Assembly (NCBI GenBank): GCA_963734535.1
Contig: CAVTHS010000008.1
Span: 96,001 to 160,000 of the forward strand
DNA length: 64,000 nucleotides
Direction: 5' to 3'
Origin: an uncultured Chloroflexia bacterium
GTDB taxonomy: Bacteria; Chloroflexota; Limnocylindria; Limnocylindrales; CSP1-4
Below the pieces are notes generated by a model. It worked only from the letters and a program-made list of their open reading frames with translations. It ran no database searches and was not told the DNA's origin. Within the stretch, counting starts at the first letter, position 1. Each line of letters begins with the position of its first letter. The position numbers and the translations under genes are program-made. Shown here in pieces: positions 9,145 through 20,333 of the stretch.

Positions 9145-10233
9145 TCACGTCGTGCCGAGGAAGGCCTCCAGCTCAGCGCGCGTCGGCATGCCGCCCCGGG
9201 CCCCCGGGCGCGTCGTCGAGAGCGAGGCGGCCGCGACGGCCCGGCGAACGGCCTCCGGCAGGTCGAGCCCATCGGCCAGGGCTGCGGCCAGCGCGCCATT
9301 GAACGCATCGCCGGCACCGGTCGTGTCGCGCGGCGTGACGTCGGGCGCACCGATGGCGAGGGCCGGGACATCGACGCGCACGACCAGCGCTCCAGCCGCG
9401 CCGAGCGTCACGACGACGGCCGGCCCATTCGAGCCTGGTCGGCCGGCCGTGCCGCCCCCACCGGTCGTGTCTCCCGGGCCGGGCGTATCGCCGCCGGGGC
9501 CAGCCCTCGCATCGGCATCGCGATCCGGGGTGTCACTGCCGCTGACATGCCCGCCGAGCGCGCCCGCAAGCAGGAGCCTGGCGAGGGATTCCGGATCGTC
9601 GCCGGCGGGTCTTGCGTGGGCCGGTCCCGCGGCGAGCGGTCCGACGCCGGACAGGAGGGTGAGCTCGGCTTCGTTCGGCGTCAGGATGTCGACCAGCGCG
9701 AGCGTCGACGGCTCCAGCTCGTCGGCCGGGGCCGGGTTGAGGATCGTGGTCGAGCCGGCCTCGCGGCCGATCTCGAGTGCCGCGCGCACGCCGTCGACGG
9801 GGATCTCCCTGGAGACGAGCACCACGTCGCGCGGGCCGGGCGCCAGCCGTTCCAGGGCGGCCTCCACGTGGCGTTGGCGCACCTCGCCATTCGCTCCCGG
9901 GGCGACCGCGATCAGGTTCTCGCCGCTCGGGTCGACGACGATCAGCGCGACGCCCGTCGCACGGTCGGTCACCGCGAGGCCGCTGAGATCGATCCCCTCG
10001 ACCGCGAGCGCAGCCCGTGCCTCGCTCCCCATGTCGTCCGCGCCGATTGCCCCGACGAACGCGACCCGCGCGCCGAGACGCGCCGCCGCTGTTGCCTGGT
10101 TCCCGCCCTTGCCGCCCGGGTAGCGCGCCACGTCGCCGCCGGTGACCGTCTGGCCAGGGCCGGGCAGCCGCGCGGCCGCCACGACGAGGTCGACGTTGAC
10201 CGCTCCGACCACGAGCACCCGTCCACCAGTCAC
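9145..10233 (-). CDS. rbsK: Ribokinase / PfkB family carbohydrate kinase
   Basis: VVGAVNVD, GGKGGNQA, PNEAE, DTTGAGDAFNG. Confidence 0.88.
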   Translation of the reverse strand: MTGGRVLVVGAVNVDLVVAAARLPGPGQTVTGGDVARYPGGKGGNQATAAARLGARVAFVGAIGADDMGSEARAALAVEGIDLSGLAVTDRATGVALIVVDPSGENLIAVAPGANGEVRQRHVEAALERLAPGPRDVVLVSREIPVDGVRAALEIGREAGSTTILNPAPADELEPSTLALVDILTPNEAELTLLSGVGPLAAGPAHARPAGDDPESLARLLLAGALGGHVSGSDTPDRDADARAGPGGDTPGPGDTTGGGGTAGRPGSNGPAVVVTLGAAGALVVRVDVPALAIGAPDVTPRDTTGAGDAFNGALAAALADGLDLPEAVRRAVAAASLSTTRPGARGGMPTRAELEAFLGTT

Positions 10234-10326
10234 GGGTAGATTGTCGCGGATCGCCGGCCCGGACCGCACGGCAGCGCAACTCACGCAACGCCACGACCGG
10301 AGTAGCATCGGGCCAGGAGGTGCCCA

Positions 10327-10962
10327 TTGATTCGACTGCTTCGCGGCGTCACGCGCGTCTTCGCGCTCCTTGTCGCCATCGCGACGCTCTTCGGGATGGC
10401 TTCGGCTGCCGTCGCGGCCGTCACGAAGCGCCGGGTCGAGACGACGAAGGACCCGGCCTCGAACGAGCCGACCGCCACCTCGGTCTTCGCAGGCGAACGG
10501 TTCGAGAGCCGCGCACCAGCACTGCGCGCCGGCCGGGTGATCACCTGGTTTGCCGGCCACGACGTCGACCTGCGCGGCGCGACGCTCGACCCGTCGGGCG
10601 CGACGCTCGACCTGCGGACGATGTACGGCGGAACGCAGGTCGCGATCCCCGAGGGCTGGCGCGTCGAGTCGCACGTGCGCTCGATCATCGGCGGGACACA
10701 GGTCGATGTCGACGATGCCGATCTCCCCGCGGACGCGCCGGTCCTCGAGCTGCGTGGCTTCTCGCTGTTCGGCGGCGTGCGAGTGACGACCAGCCCGGTC
10801 GCCTCGTGGAGTGGCCAGGATCACGACGGCGAGGCGCTTCCGCCGGCAGCGGGCGCGACCGTGACTCCGGCCGTGGAACCGGGGACAGCCGCCCTGGACG
10901 GCTCGGGACCGGCGGCCGACGCCGCCGACCCGGTGACGGCCGGCGCGCCCGTGCCCGCGTGA
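10327..10962 (+). CDS. LiaF/DUF2154-like membrane-anchored protein
   Basis: AGGAGG RBS with TTG start; N-terminal TM; VDLRGA, GGTQVAIPEGWRV, GFSLFGGV repeats. Confidence 0.75.
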   Translation: MIRLLRGVTRVFALLVAIATLFGMASAAVAAVTKRRVETTKDPASNEPTATSVFAGERFESRAPALRAGRVITWFAGHDVDLRGATLDPSGATLDLRTMYGGTQVAIPEGWRVESHVRSIIGGTQVDVDDADLPADAPVLELRGFSLFGGVRVTTSPVASWSGQDHDGEALPPAAGATVTPAVEPGTAALDGSGPAADAADPVTAGAPVPA

Positions 10963-11613
10963 CCACCGTCCTCCTCGTCCGCCACGGCCTGACGGCCCTG
11001 ACCGGTCCCATCCTGAGCGGCTGGACGCCGGGACTCCATCTCGACGATCGCGGCCGCGCCCAGGTGGCATCGCTCGGCGAGCGGATGCGCGCCATCCCGC
11101 TGGCGGCGGTCGTGACGTCCCCGCTGGAACGCTGCCGGGAGACCGCCGACGCCGTCCTCGCCGGTCGCGAGCCGGCGCCCCCGCTCCACGTGGACGAACG
11201 GGTCGGCGAGGTGCACTACGGCAGCTGGACGGGCCGTCCGTTCAAGGAGCTCACAAAGGACCCGCTCTGGCAGGTCGTCCAGGGCCACCCGTCGGCTGCC
11301 GTCTTCCCGGACGGCGAGGGGCTCGCCGTGATGGCTGCCCGGGCGGCCGAGGCCGTCCGCGACTGGAACGCGCGGCTCGGACCGGACGCGACGTACGCGC
11401 TCGTGAGCCACGCAGACGTGATCAAGTCGCTCATCGCCGATGCGCTGGGACTCCATCTCGACGGCTACCAGCGGATCGTGGTCGATCCGGCCTCGCTGAC
11501 CGTGATCCAGTACACGGCCCTCCGAACGTTCGTCAGTCCGTGTCAACGACACCGGGGGCAGCGTGGACGCCCTGATCCCGAAACCACCCTCGCGGCGCCG
11601 GCGGGAACGCTAG
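10959..11613 (+). CDS. MSMEG_4193-family histidine phosphatase / phosphomutase (apparent +1 frameshift near 11535)
   Basis: LVRHG, SPLERCRET, VSHADVIK; removing one base restores FVVRVNDTGG and stop at 11613. Confidence 0.85.
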
Positions 11614-11713
11614 CGTCCATCGCCGGACGGCGGGGCGCATGCCCGCCCGCAGGCGCAGCCCGCCGCGACCGCGCTAGAGTCGCCGTCACATCCATCTCGC
11701 CCGGAGGGCTTTC

Positions 11714-12347
11714 GTGCCGCGTCGCATCTACGATTTCGGAGTCCCGGACCGGTTCGTCGCCGGGACGGTCGGCCAACCCGGCAACCGCACCTTCTTCCTG
11801 CAGGCTCGCAAGGGCAGCGCGCTCGTCTCGGTCGTGCTCGAGAAGGTCCAGGTCCAGGTGCTCGCCGAGCGCCTCGCGCTGCTCCTCGCGGAGATCGCCC
11901 GCCGCGGCGTGCAGGTCCCGGAGGCGCTCGCGCCGTCGGACGACGACACGTCGCCCCTCGGTGAGCCGCTCGTGGAGGCGTTTCGCGTCGGGACGATGAC
12001 GCTGGGCTGGGACCCGGAGCGCGAGCAGGTCGTCGTCGAGGCGCGCGCCCAGGAGGAAGCCGACGACGAGGATGAGGACGAGGACGACGAGGACGACGAG
12101 GACGGACGAGACGACGCGGACGCCGATGAGGACGAGGACGACGAGCCCGCGTCCGCTCGAGATCGACGACAGCGATCCGGACGGTCCGGACCTGGTGCGC
12201 GTCCGCCTGACGCCGCTCGCCGCCCGCGCGTTCGTGGAGCGCTCGCTGCGAACCGTGGCCGCCGGGCGGCCGCCGTGCCCGTTCTGCGGCCAGCCGCTCG
12301 ACCCGACGGGCCACATCTGTCCGCGCAAGAACGGCTACGTGCACTGA
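11714..12347 (+). CDS. DUF3090 family protein (apparent +1 frameshift near 12152)
   Basis: AGTVGQPGNRTFFLQA and LEKVQV; C-terminus GRPPCPFCGQPLDPTGHICPRKNG in the next frame. Confidence 0.85.
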
Positions 12348-13280
12348 GCAGCCCCGCCGTGGACGGGCCGGACGGACGGGCGGGAATGCACGGCCTGGAC
12401 GCCCGCGACGACGACCACGCGGCCGAGAGCGAGGGCGAGCACGCCGACGGGGCCGAACGCGAGGGCGAGCCCCACGACGCGGCCGACGACTCGGCCGGCG
12501 CGGCCCAGGGCGAGGGCGAGCCGGAGCTCCCGCCGGCGGTCGACCTCCCGCCCACCCTGGCGCTCCCCTTCCTGCTGGACGGCGACCTCGAGATCGTGGG
12601 TCGCCTGGTCCAGGCTTCGAACACGACCCTGCTCGTCACCATCACCGGCGACGTTCCCGGGCGTGGGCTGATCACGGCGGGAGCCGTCTACAAGCCGATC
12701 CGCGGCGAACGACCGCTCTGGGACTTCCCCGAGGCCACGCTGGCGCATCGCGAGGTGGCGGCACACGCCGTCTCGGAGGCGACGGGCTGGCAGATCGTGC
12801 CCCCGACCGTCTTTCGCGAGGCGGGCCCGCTGGGTCCGGGGATGCTCCAACTGTGGGTCGACGACCCGCGACGACGTCGACATCCTGGCCCTCCTCCAGT
12901 CGAGCGATCCCCGCCTGCGGCGGATCGCCCTGTTCGACGCGGTGGTCAACAACGCGGACCGCAAGGGAGGGCACCTGCTCGTGCGGCCCGACGGCGTCAT
13001 CCAGGGCGTCGACCACGGTGTCACCTTCAACGTGGACCCGAAGCTGCGCACGATCCTCTGGAACTGGCGGGGCACGCTGATCGCCCCGCGGGAGCTGCAG
13101 GTCCTGGCGTCGCTTCGTCCGAAGCTCGCGGCGGGCGGGCCGCTCGCCGCCGCGCTGGCCGAGCACCTCGACGGCGCGGAGATCGAGGTGGCCCGCGCCC
13201 GCCTGGACGAGCTCCTGGGCTCCCGAACCTTCCCCCACCCGCACCCGGACTGGCCGGCCGTGCCCTGGCCCTGGTACTGA
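12344..13280 (+). CDS. SCO1664 family protein, kinase-like (apparent +1 frameshift near 12868)
   Basis: ASNTT, YKPIRGERPLWDFP, REVAA; second frame NNADRKGGH, GVDHGVTF, KLRTILW, PAVPWP; start uncertain (CTG 12344, GTG 12359 or ATG 12386). Confidence 0.85.
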
Positions 13281-13298
13281 CCGAGCGATCCCTCCCGC

Positions 13299-14048
13299 TC
13301 ACTCCGCGGGCGGCACCGTCCCGACGTGGAGCGTCACGATCCCGCCGGACATGCCGGTCCACGTCACTTCGACCAGGCCGGCCTCGCGCATGAACCCGGC
13401 GATCGCCTCGGGCGCGGGGTAGCTCCGGACGCTGCGGACGAGGTACGCGTAGGCGCCGCCCTGCCCGGCGATGCGACCGATCACCGGCACGATCCCGTCG
13501 AACCAGGCCCGCAGGATCCGGGCGAGCCGGCTCCGCGGCCGCGCGATCTCCAGGCAGACGACGCGCCCGCCCGGACGCACGACGCGGCGCATCTCCGCGA
13601 ACCCGCCTCGGTAGTCGGGCAGGTTCCGCATCCCGAACGCGATCGTGGCGGCGTCGAAGGATGCGTCGGGCGCGGGCAACGCAAGGGCGTCACCGACCAC
13701 GAACGTCAGCCCCGGACGACCAACGAAGCGGCGCTCCGCCACCGAGATCATGCCAGGGCTGATGTCGACGCCGAGCACCTCGCCGCCCGGCTGCGCGCGA
13801 CGGTGGAGATCGGCCGCGACCTTGCCCGTGCCGGTCGCGATATCGATCGCGCGACCGCCCGGCCGGAGCCGTGTCATCGCCACGGCTCGCCGCCGCCAGC
13901 GCGGCTCCTGGAACGCGCTGATCACGAGGTTCATCGGGTCGTAGACGCGCGAGATCCCGTCGAACATCGAGCTGACCTCGCTGCTCGGCGCGGCGTTGCC
14001 GCGCTCGGTCGCGAGGCCGGATGGAGCGCCGTCGCGGGGCCTGGTCAT
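13299..14048 (-). CDS. menG: Demethylmenaquinone methyltransferase
   Basis: MFDGISRVYD, DIATGTG, IAFGMRN, RVVRPGG; last gene of the men operon. Confidence 0.9.
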   Translation of the reverse strand: MTRPRDGAPSGLATERGNAAPSSEVSSMFDGISRVYDPMNLVISAFQEPRWRRRAVAMTRLRPGGRAIDIATGTGKVAADLHRRAQPGGEVLGVDISPGMISVAERRFVGRPGLTFVVGDALALPAPDASFDAATIAFGMRNLPDYRGGFAEMRRVVRPGGRVVCLEIARPRSRLARILRAWFDGIVPVIGRIAGQGGAYAYLVRSVRSYPAPEAIAGFMREAGLVEVTWTGMSGGIVTLHVGTVPPAE

Positions 14049-14924
14049 GGGTGCAGATCCGGGGCGGCCGGGCGGCCGGCCGCGCTCGGGGCCGTGATGC
14101 CGGCGTCGGCGATCGCGTCGAGGATCGCGGCCGCGACGGGCTCGGGATCGGTGATCGGGGCCGGGTGTCGGAGCCCCTCGAGCGACACGAGGCGCGCTCC
14201 CGGGATCCGGGCGACCACCGCCCGGGCGATCGGCGCGTAGAACGGCTCGCTCGCGGTGCCGGTCAGGACGATGACCGGGGCGGCGATCCGCGACAGGCCG
14301 GCAGGTTCCAGCCCGCCGAGCGCCGCATCGGCGAACGCGCCTTCTCCCTGCGCCGCGAGGAACGTCCGGGCCCGGGCGGGCAGCGCCGCCCAGGCCCCGT
14401 CGCCCGCGACCCCGTCGAGGAATGCCGCGGCGGCGGCAGCCCCTCCGCCCGACGCGAAGGCCCGCTCCGTCGCGGTCGCGACGGCCGCGAACGCCGCCCG
14501 GGTCTCTGCGTCGGCGAGCGGCCCGTACGGCGGCTCCCAGGCGACGACCGCGCGGATGCGCCCGGGAAGCCGGGCCGCGGCCTCCAGCGCGACGACCCCG
14601 CCGAAGCTGTGCCCGACGAGGACCGCGGCGGTCATTCCCTCGGCGTCGAGCAGGGTGGCGACGTCGGCGACGTGGACGGCAACGTCGAGCGGCCGCGGCA
14701 CCGGCACGCGCGCTCTCCCCGCCCCCCCGCCGATCCAGGGCGAGGACGGGCCCGCGGGCGGCGAGCAGCCGGGCCAGGCCGGTCAGCTGGATCGACGCCG
14801 ACAGGGTGGCGTGGAGGAGGACGATGGGCGTCTCCTGTCCGGCCCCGTCAGCGGCGGCGAACACGCGGCAGGCCAGCGTGATCCCGCCGGGAGCGCGGAG
14901 CGTGCGCATCGACGCACCGATCAC
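14045..14924 (-). CDS. Alpha/beta hydrolase (apparent frameshift near 14705-14730)
   Basis: LLHA, LDRRG, GHSFGG nucleophile elbow, C-terminal His; translationally coupled to menE and menG. Confidence 0.8.
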
Positions 14925-16544
14925 GCCGGCACCTCCGTGGCCGCTGCCGGCGGCGGGTTGTCCGCCGGTGGCAGAGCGGCGGGGCAGCGTGCCGTCGGGG
15001 CGCAGCGTACCGTCGGCAGGCAGCGTGCCGTCGGCGGGCGGCGGCCATCGGTCGCAGGCGCCACGTCGACGGGCGGTCCGGGCGCCAGGGCCGCGCGCAG
15101 CTCCGAGCGGCGCAGCTTCCCGGACCCCGTCCGTGGCAGCGACGCAACGAGGATGAATGCGGCCGGGACCTTGTACGGCGCCAGACGAGCAAGACAGAAC
15201 GCTCGCAGGTCGGCGTCGGTCGGCACCGGCGCACCGGATCGAAGAACGACAGACGCCACCGGCACCGCCCCCCAGGTCGGGTCCGCGCGACCGGCGACGC
15301 CGGCCTCCGCGATCCCGGGGTGCTCCGCGAGCACCGCCTCCACCTCGGCGGGGAAGACGTTCTCGCCTCCCGACACGATCAGGTCGTCGCGTCGATCGAG
15401 CACGTGGAGGAAGCCGTCCGCGTCGATCCGCCCCGCGTCGCCGGTCCGCAGCCAACCGTCGGACTCGAACGCGGCGGCCGTCGCCTCGGGCCGGCCGAGG
15501 TAGGCGGAGAACGCGGCCGGCGTGCGGACCTGGATCTCGCCCGTGCCATCCGCGGCAGGGTCAGCGATCCGGACCTGGACGCCGGGCAGCGGCCGCCCCG
15601 CCGATCCGGGATGGGCCGCGACGTCGCCGGTTGCCAGGGCCGACACCCCCGAGCCCGCCTCCGTGAGGCCGTAGGTCGGGACCACGGGCCAGCCGGCCGC
15701 GAGCGCCCGCGTCACGAGGTCCGGCGGGATCGGTGCGCCGCCGAGGAGGACGGCCCGCAGGTTCGCGAGCCGCGGTCCTCGTGCCTCGCGGTCGACGGCG
15801 TCGAGCAGCCGCACGAGCTGCGTCGGGACGAGCGAGACGTGGCTGGCGGGCCGCTGCCGGAGCGCGTCGAGCACGGGCTCGGGGTCGAATGCCGGGACGG
15901 CGCGCAGCGGCACGCCCGCCCCGATTGCCCGCCATGCCACCCCGAGCCCCGCGACATGGGCGAGGCCAAGACAGAGGACCCAGCCCGTTGCCGCCGGAAG
16001 CGCTGCGGACCACGCGGCGGCGCTCGCCGCCATCGCGGCATGGGAGAGCAGGGCGGCCTTCGGGCGACCGGTCGTGCCCGACGTCAGGATCGCGACGGCA
16101 GGTGCGTCCGGATCGAACGCGTTCGCCGGCGGGCGTGCGCTCGGAGCGCCCGCGCCGAGGGCGTCGAGCGGGATCGTCGGGACGCCGAGGGCCCGTGCGC
16201 GGTCGAGATGCTCGGCGTCGTGCACGGCCAGCCGCGGCCCGATCACGACACCCGCGGCCGCCAGCTCGGGCGCGGTGAGGGTCGTCCCGAGCGGCGCCAC
16301 GCATGCCCCGACCCGACCCGCGGCCGCCAGCAGCGCGACGGCGCTCGCCGACGGCGCCGCGATGCAGGGCCACCCGGTCGCCGGGGACCACCCCGGCGGC
16401 AACGAGGCCGGCCGCCAGCGCGTCGGCGTGCGCGTCGAGCTCGGCGAAGGTCCAGGTTCGCCCGGGCTCCATGATCGCCGGTGCATCGGGCGTCGACCCG
16501 GCGTGACCGCGGAGCGCGAGCGGCAGGATCATCGCCGTGTTCAC
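14921..16544 (-). CDS. menE: O-succinylbenzoate-CoA ligase (apparent frameshift near 16362)
   Basis: TSGTTGRPK, YGLTE, RTGD, RRDDLIVSGGENVFP, GSGKL; operon context. Confidence 0.88.
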
Positions 16545-17737
16545 GGGGTCGCCTCGACGAACTCCGCGGCGAAGCGCGCCACCGCCGGACGGCTCACGCG
16601 GACCCGCAGGCGACCGGCTCCGTCCCCCCCGGGCGCGTGCATCCGTCCGGATTCCACCACCAGCGGCTCGTCGAGCAGATCGTGATCCAGCAGCCCGAAG
16701 GTCGCGAGGCCGTGGGCGAGCGGTGCCGGGAATCGGGAACCCGGCACCAACGGAAGCACGATGGCTGCGCTCAACGCGGCCGAGATGCCGATGCCCGTCT
16801 CGAAGAGCGTGCTGACCACCACGGGCACCCCGTGGGCCGCGGCGGCCGCCGCGATCTCCGCGACGGCGACCGGGCCGCCGACGCGCGCAGGCTTCACGAC
16901 CAGCACGTCGGCCGCTCCCTCGGCGAGGAGCCGTCGCACCGCGACGATCGACGCGGCCGCCTCGTCGGCAGCGACCGCGACCTCCACGCGGCGCCGCAGC
17001 TCGGCCGCCCCGGCACCGTCGTCCGCGGCAAGCGGCTGCTCGACGTACTCGATCCCAAAGCGCGCAACGGCCTCCAGGCGCTCCTCGGCCGTGGGCAGGT
17101 CCCAGGCGCCGTTCACGTCCAGGCGAAGGCGGACGTCGGGACCCACCGCGGTCCGGATCGCCCGCACCCGGGCCACGAGGTCGACCGTCTCGCGCTCGAC
17201 GCCCGCCTTGAGCTTCAGGGTCGTGAAGCCGGCCTCGATCGCCTGGAGCGCGGCCTCGGCGCCGGCAGCCGGCCCGCCGAAGCCGATCGTGCCGTTGACG
17301 GGCACACCGGGCGGGATCGTCCGATCGGCGGTCGGAGCCCCGGCGCGGCCAGGCTCCGCTCCACCTGCGACCTCGCCATCCCCGGCCGGCAGCAGGTCGA
17401 AGCGCGCCGCGTCCATCGCGGCGCGGAAGGCGCGGCCCGGCGTCCCGAGCAGCTCGAGCTCCTCGACATCGGGCACGTCGCCGGACCGTGCGCGGTCGGC
17501 GGCCTCGCGGATCAGCCGGGCCAGGATCGTCTCCTCGACCTCGGTCGCGTCCGGCTCGAGGACCGCCTCGCCGACGCCGATCCGGCCGTCCGGACCGGCC
17601 ACGAACAGGATCCACGCCTCGCGATGGAGCCACATGCCCGTCGCCGTCGCGAACGGCCGGCGGAACGGGACCCGGACGCGAACCGCCGTCAGGCCGGTGA
17701 CCGGGACCGCCTCGAGCGTCATTCGCAGGTCGATCAT
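16541..17737 (-). CDS. menC: O-succinylbenzoate synthase (enolase superfamily)
   Basis: KLK, LDVNGAW, EQP, ADE, KPARVGG; operon context. Confidence 0.88.
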   Translation of the reverse strand: MIDLRMTLEAVPVTGLTAVRVRVPFRRPFATATGMWLHREAWILFVAGPDGRIGVGEAVLEPDATEVEETILARLIREAADRARSGDVPDVEELELLGTPGRAFRAAMDAARFDLLPAGDGEVAGGAEPGRAGAPTADRTIPPGVPVNGTIGFGGPAAGAEAALQAIEAGFTTLKLKAGVERETVDLVARVRAIRTAVGPDVRLRLDVNGAWDLPTAEERLEAVARFGIEYVEQPLAADDGAGAAELRRRVEVAVAADEAAASIVAVRRLLAEGAADVLVVKPARVGGPVAVAEIAAAAAAHGVPVVVSTLFETGIGISAALSAAIVLPLVPGSRFPAPLAHGLATFGLLDHDLLDEPLVVESGRMHAPGGDGAGRLRVRVSRPAVARFAAEFVEATP

Positions 17738-18648
17738 GCGGGCCAGCCGCGGAGGGCGAGGGCGGCCGCGAAGAGCACCCCGAACGCGAGGTCGAGCCGC
17801 GCCGTGCCCTTGAGGACCGGGTTGAGCTGCCGCGGCTCCCGGAAGTCGCGGACCGTCCGGAGGAGCGGCCCGACGAGCGGGGCCGACAGGAGGGGCAGCA
17901 GCTGGACGATCCCGAAGCCGGCGAGCATGAGCCCGATCGGGACGGCGAACGCCGCAGCGAGCAGGAACGCGTATTCCATCGCCGTCGCACGGCGGCCCAT
18001 CATCACGGCCAGCGTCCGCTTGCCGGCAGCCGCATCGGTCGGGATGTCGCGCAGGTTGTTGACGACGAGGATCGCAGTCGTCAGGGCGCCGATTGGGATC
18101 GCGGCGACCGCGAAGAGCGGCTCGAAGCGGAGCGCCTGGAGGTATGCCGTCCCGACGACCGCGACAAGGCCGAAGAAGACGAACACGAAGACCTCGCCCA
18201 GGCCGCGGTACCCATACGGCCACGGCCCGCCGGTATAGGCGAGGGCGGCGACGATCGCGAGCAGGCCGAGCCCGACGATGGCCGGGCCGCCCACCCAGGC
18301 GAGCCACAGGCCCGTCAGCGCCGCGAGCGCGATCGCCAGGCCGATCGCGACCTCCAGCTGGCGCTCGGTCACGAGCCCGGCCGACGCGACCCGGGTGGGC
18401 CCCGCCCGATCCGGCGTGTCGGCGCCGCGCCGGAAGTCCGAGAGGTCGTTGGCGAGGTTCGCCACGACCTGCAGCAGCAGCGCGACCGCCAGGCAGCCGA
18501 GCGCGGTGTCGACGCGGAACGCGGCGCCCGCGGCCAGGGCGGCGCCGAGCCCCACGACCACGCCGCTCGCCGCGGCCGGGAGCGTGGCCGGGCGGATCGC
18601 CAGGAGCCAGGTCCGCGCGGCGGAGGGTCGGGCGGCGATGGACGTCAC
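17734..18648 (-). CDS. menA: 1,4-dihydroxy-2-naphthoate polyprenyltransferase
   Basis: [41 protein letters not shown]. Confidence 0.93.
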   Translation of the reverse strand: MTSIAARPSAARTWLLAIRPATLPAAASGVVVGLGAALAAGAAFRVDTALGCLAVALLLQVVANLANDLSDFRRGADTPDRAGPTRVASAGLVTERQLEVAIGLAIALAALTGLWLAWVGGPAIVGLGLLAIVAALAYTGGPWPYGYRGLGEVFVFVFFGLVAVVGTAYLQALRFEPLFAVAAIPIGALTTAILVVNNLRDIPTDAAAGKRTLAVMMGRRATAMEYAFLLAAAFAVPIGLMLAGFGIVQLLPLLSAPLVGPLLRTVRDFREPRQLNPVLKGTARLDLAFGVLFAAALALRGWPA

Positions 18649-19475
18649 GGCCGCCGCGGGTACTTCGAGTAGTCGGGATCGCGCTTGTCCAGGAATGCGC
18701 GCGAGCCCTCGTGGGCCTCTTCGGTCGTGTAGTAGAGGCCCGTGGCGTTGCCGGCAAACTCCTGGAGCCCGGCCAGCCCATCGGTCGCCACGAGAAACGC
18801 CGACTTGAGGAAGCGGATCGCGGTGGGGCTCATGGCCAGGATCTCGTCCGCCCAGCGGATTCCCTCGGCCTCGAGGTCGGCGAGCGGGACCACGGCGTTG
18901 ACGAGGCCCATCGCCAGCGCATCGGCCGCCGAGTACCGGCGGCAGAGGAACCAGATCTCCTTCGCCTTCTTGTCGCCGACGAGACGCGCCAGCAGGCCGA
19001 TCCCGAACCCGGCGTCGAAGCTGCCGACCCGCGGGCCCACCTGGCCGAAGATCGCGTTGTCGCTCGCGAGCGTCAGGTCGCACACCACGTGGAGCACCTG
19101 GCCGCCGCCGATCGCGAATCCGTTGACGAGCGCGATCACAGGGATCGGCAGCGAGCGGATCTGCCGCTGGAGGTCGAGCACGTTGAGGCGGGCCAGCCCG
19201 TCGCCGCCGACATAGCCGCCGGCCGGGCTCTTGTAGTTCTGGTCGCCGCCGGCACAGAACGAGACGTCGCCGGCCCCCGTCAGCAGGGCGCAGCCGATGC
19301 GCCCGTCGTCCCGGATCCTCGCGAACGCGTCGATCATCTCGGCGACCGTCTCCGGGCGGAAGGCGTTGCGAACCTCGGGCCGGTCGATCGTGACCTTCGC
19401 GATCCCGGTGCCGGAATGCTCATAGCGGATGTCGTGATACTCCGCGGCGCGGGTCCACGTGACGGATCCGGTCAT
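18645..19475 (-). CDS. menB: 1,4-dihydroxy-2-naphthoyl-CoA synthase
   Basis: [45 protein letters not shown]. Confidence 0.95.
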   Translation of the reverse strand: MTGSVTWTRAAEYHDIRYEHSGTGIAKVTIDRPEVRNAFRPETVAEMIDAFARIRDDGRIGCALLTGAGDVSFCAGGDQNYKSPAGGYVGGDGLARLNVLDLQRQIRSLPIPVIALVNGFAIGGGQVLHVVCDLTLASDNAIFGQVGPRVGSFDAGFGIGLLARLVGDKKAKEIWFLCRRYSAADALAMGLVNAVVPLADLEAEGIRWADEILAMSPTAIRFLKSAFLVATDGLAGLQEFAGNATGLYYTTEEAHEGSRAFLDKRDPDYSKYPRRP

Positions 19476-20333
19476 GCGACGTGCTCCTCCGAGACGAAGT
19501 CGAGAACGAGGCGGTTGAACGCTGCGGGCGCCTCGAGGTGCGGGGCGTGGCCGGTCGCCGTCGATCACCGCCAGGCGGGCGCCGGGAATCCCGGCGGCCA
19601 CGGCCTCGGCGCGCTCGCGCGCCGGATCGTCCGCTCCAACGATGACGAGCGCCGGCGAGGAGACCACGCCGAGCCGGTCGTGCAGCGGCACCATCGCACC
19701 CTGCCCCGCGTTGCGGAGGCTGGCTGCCAGGCCGGCCGGATCGTGAGCCAGGCGGATCTCGCGGACGGCGGCCCGGGCGACGGCCCCCAGGCGGGTCGCT
19801 CCCGCGAGGACCGGCGTGCGTTCCCAGGCGGCGACGAACGCCACGATCCCGTCGCGCTCGAGGGTTCCGGCCAGCGCCTCGTCGGCGGCGCGACGGGCCG
19901 ACCGCTCGCGCGGGTCGGCGATGCCGGCCGATGGCGCCTCCAGGATGAGGCGCCCGACACAGGCGGCGTGCGCGATCGCGAGCCGAAGCGCGACTCGCGC
20001 GCCCATCGAGTAGCCGACAACGTCGGCCCGCTCCTGACCGAGGGCCCCAAGGAGCGCCGGCAGGTCGTCGGCCGTCCGTTCGATCGTCGCGCGAGCCGGG
20101 CCCGCCGGATCGGCACGGTAACCGGGAGCCCAGGCGGTGCCGCCGTGACCGGGCAGGTCGGGCGCGATCGCGGTGCGTCCGGCGGCGGTCGCCGCGGCCA
20201 TCAGGCCGGCCCAGCTCCGGCCACTCCCGGTGAACCCGTGGAGGAGCAGCAGGGCCGGTCCCGAGCCGGCGATCCGGACGACCCAGTGGAGCCCGGCGAT
20301 CTCAAGGTTCACGAGCCGCGGGTCGGCGCTCAC
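19472..20333 (-). CDS. menH: SHCHC synthase (apparent frameshift near 19555)
   Basis: LHGFTG, DLPGHG, GYSMGAR; removing one base restores AGHAPHLE and a stop overlapping menB. Confidence 0.85.

Noticed and set aside
11535-19555. Programmed frameshifting or phase variation
   Set aside because: Most sites lack slippery sequences or long homopolymers and fall in housekeeping genes; sequencing error is simpler
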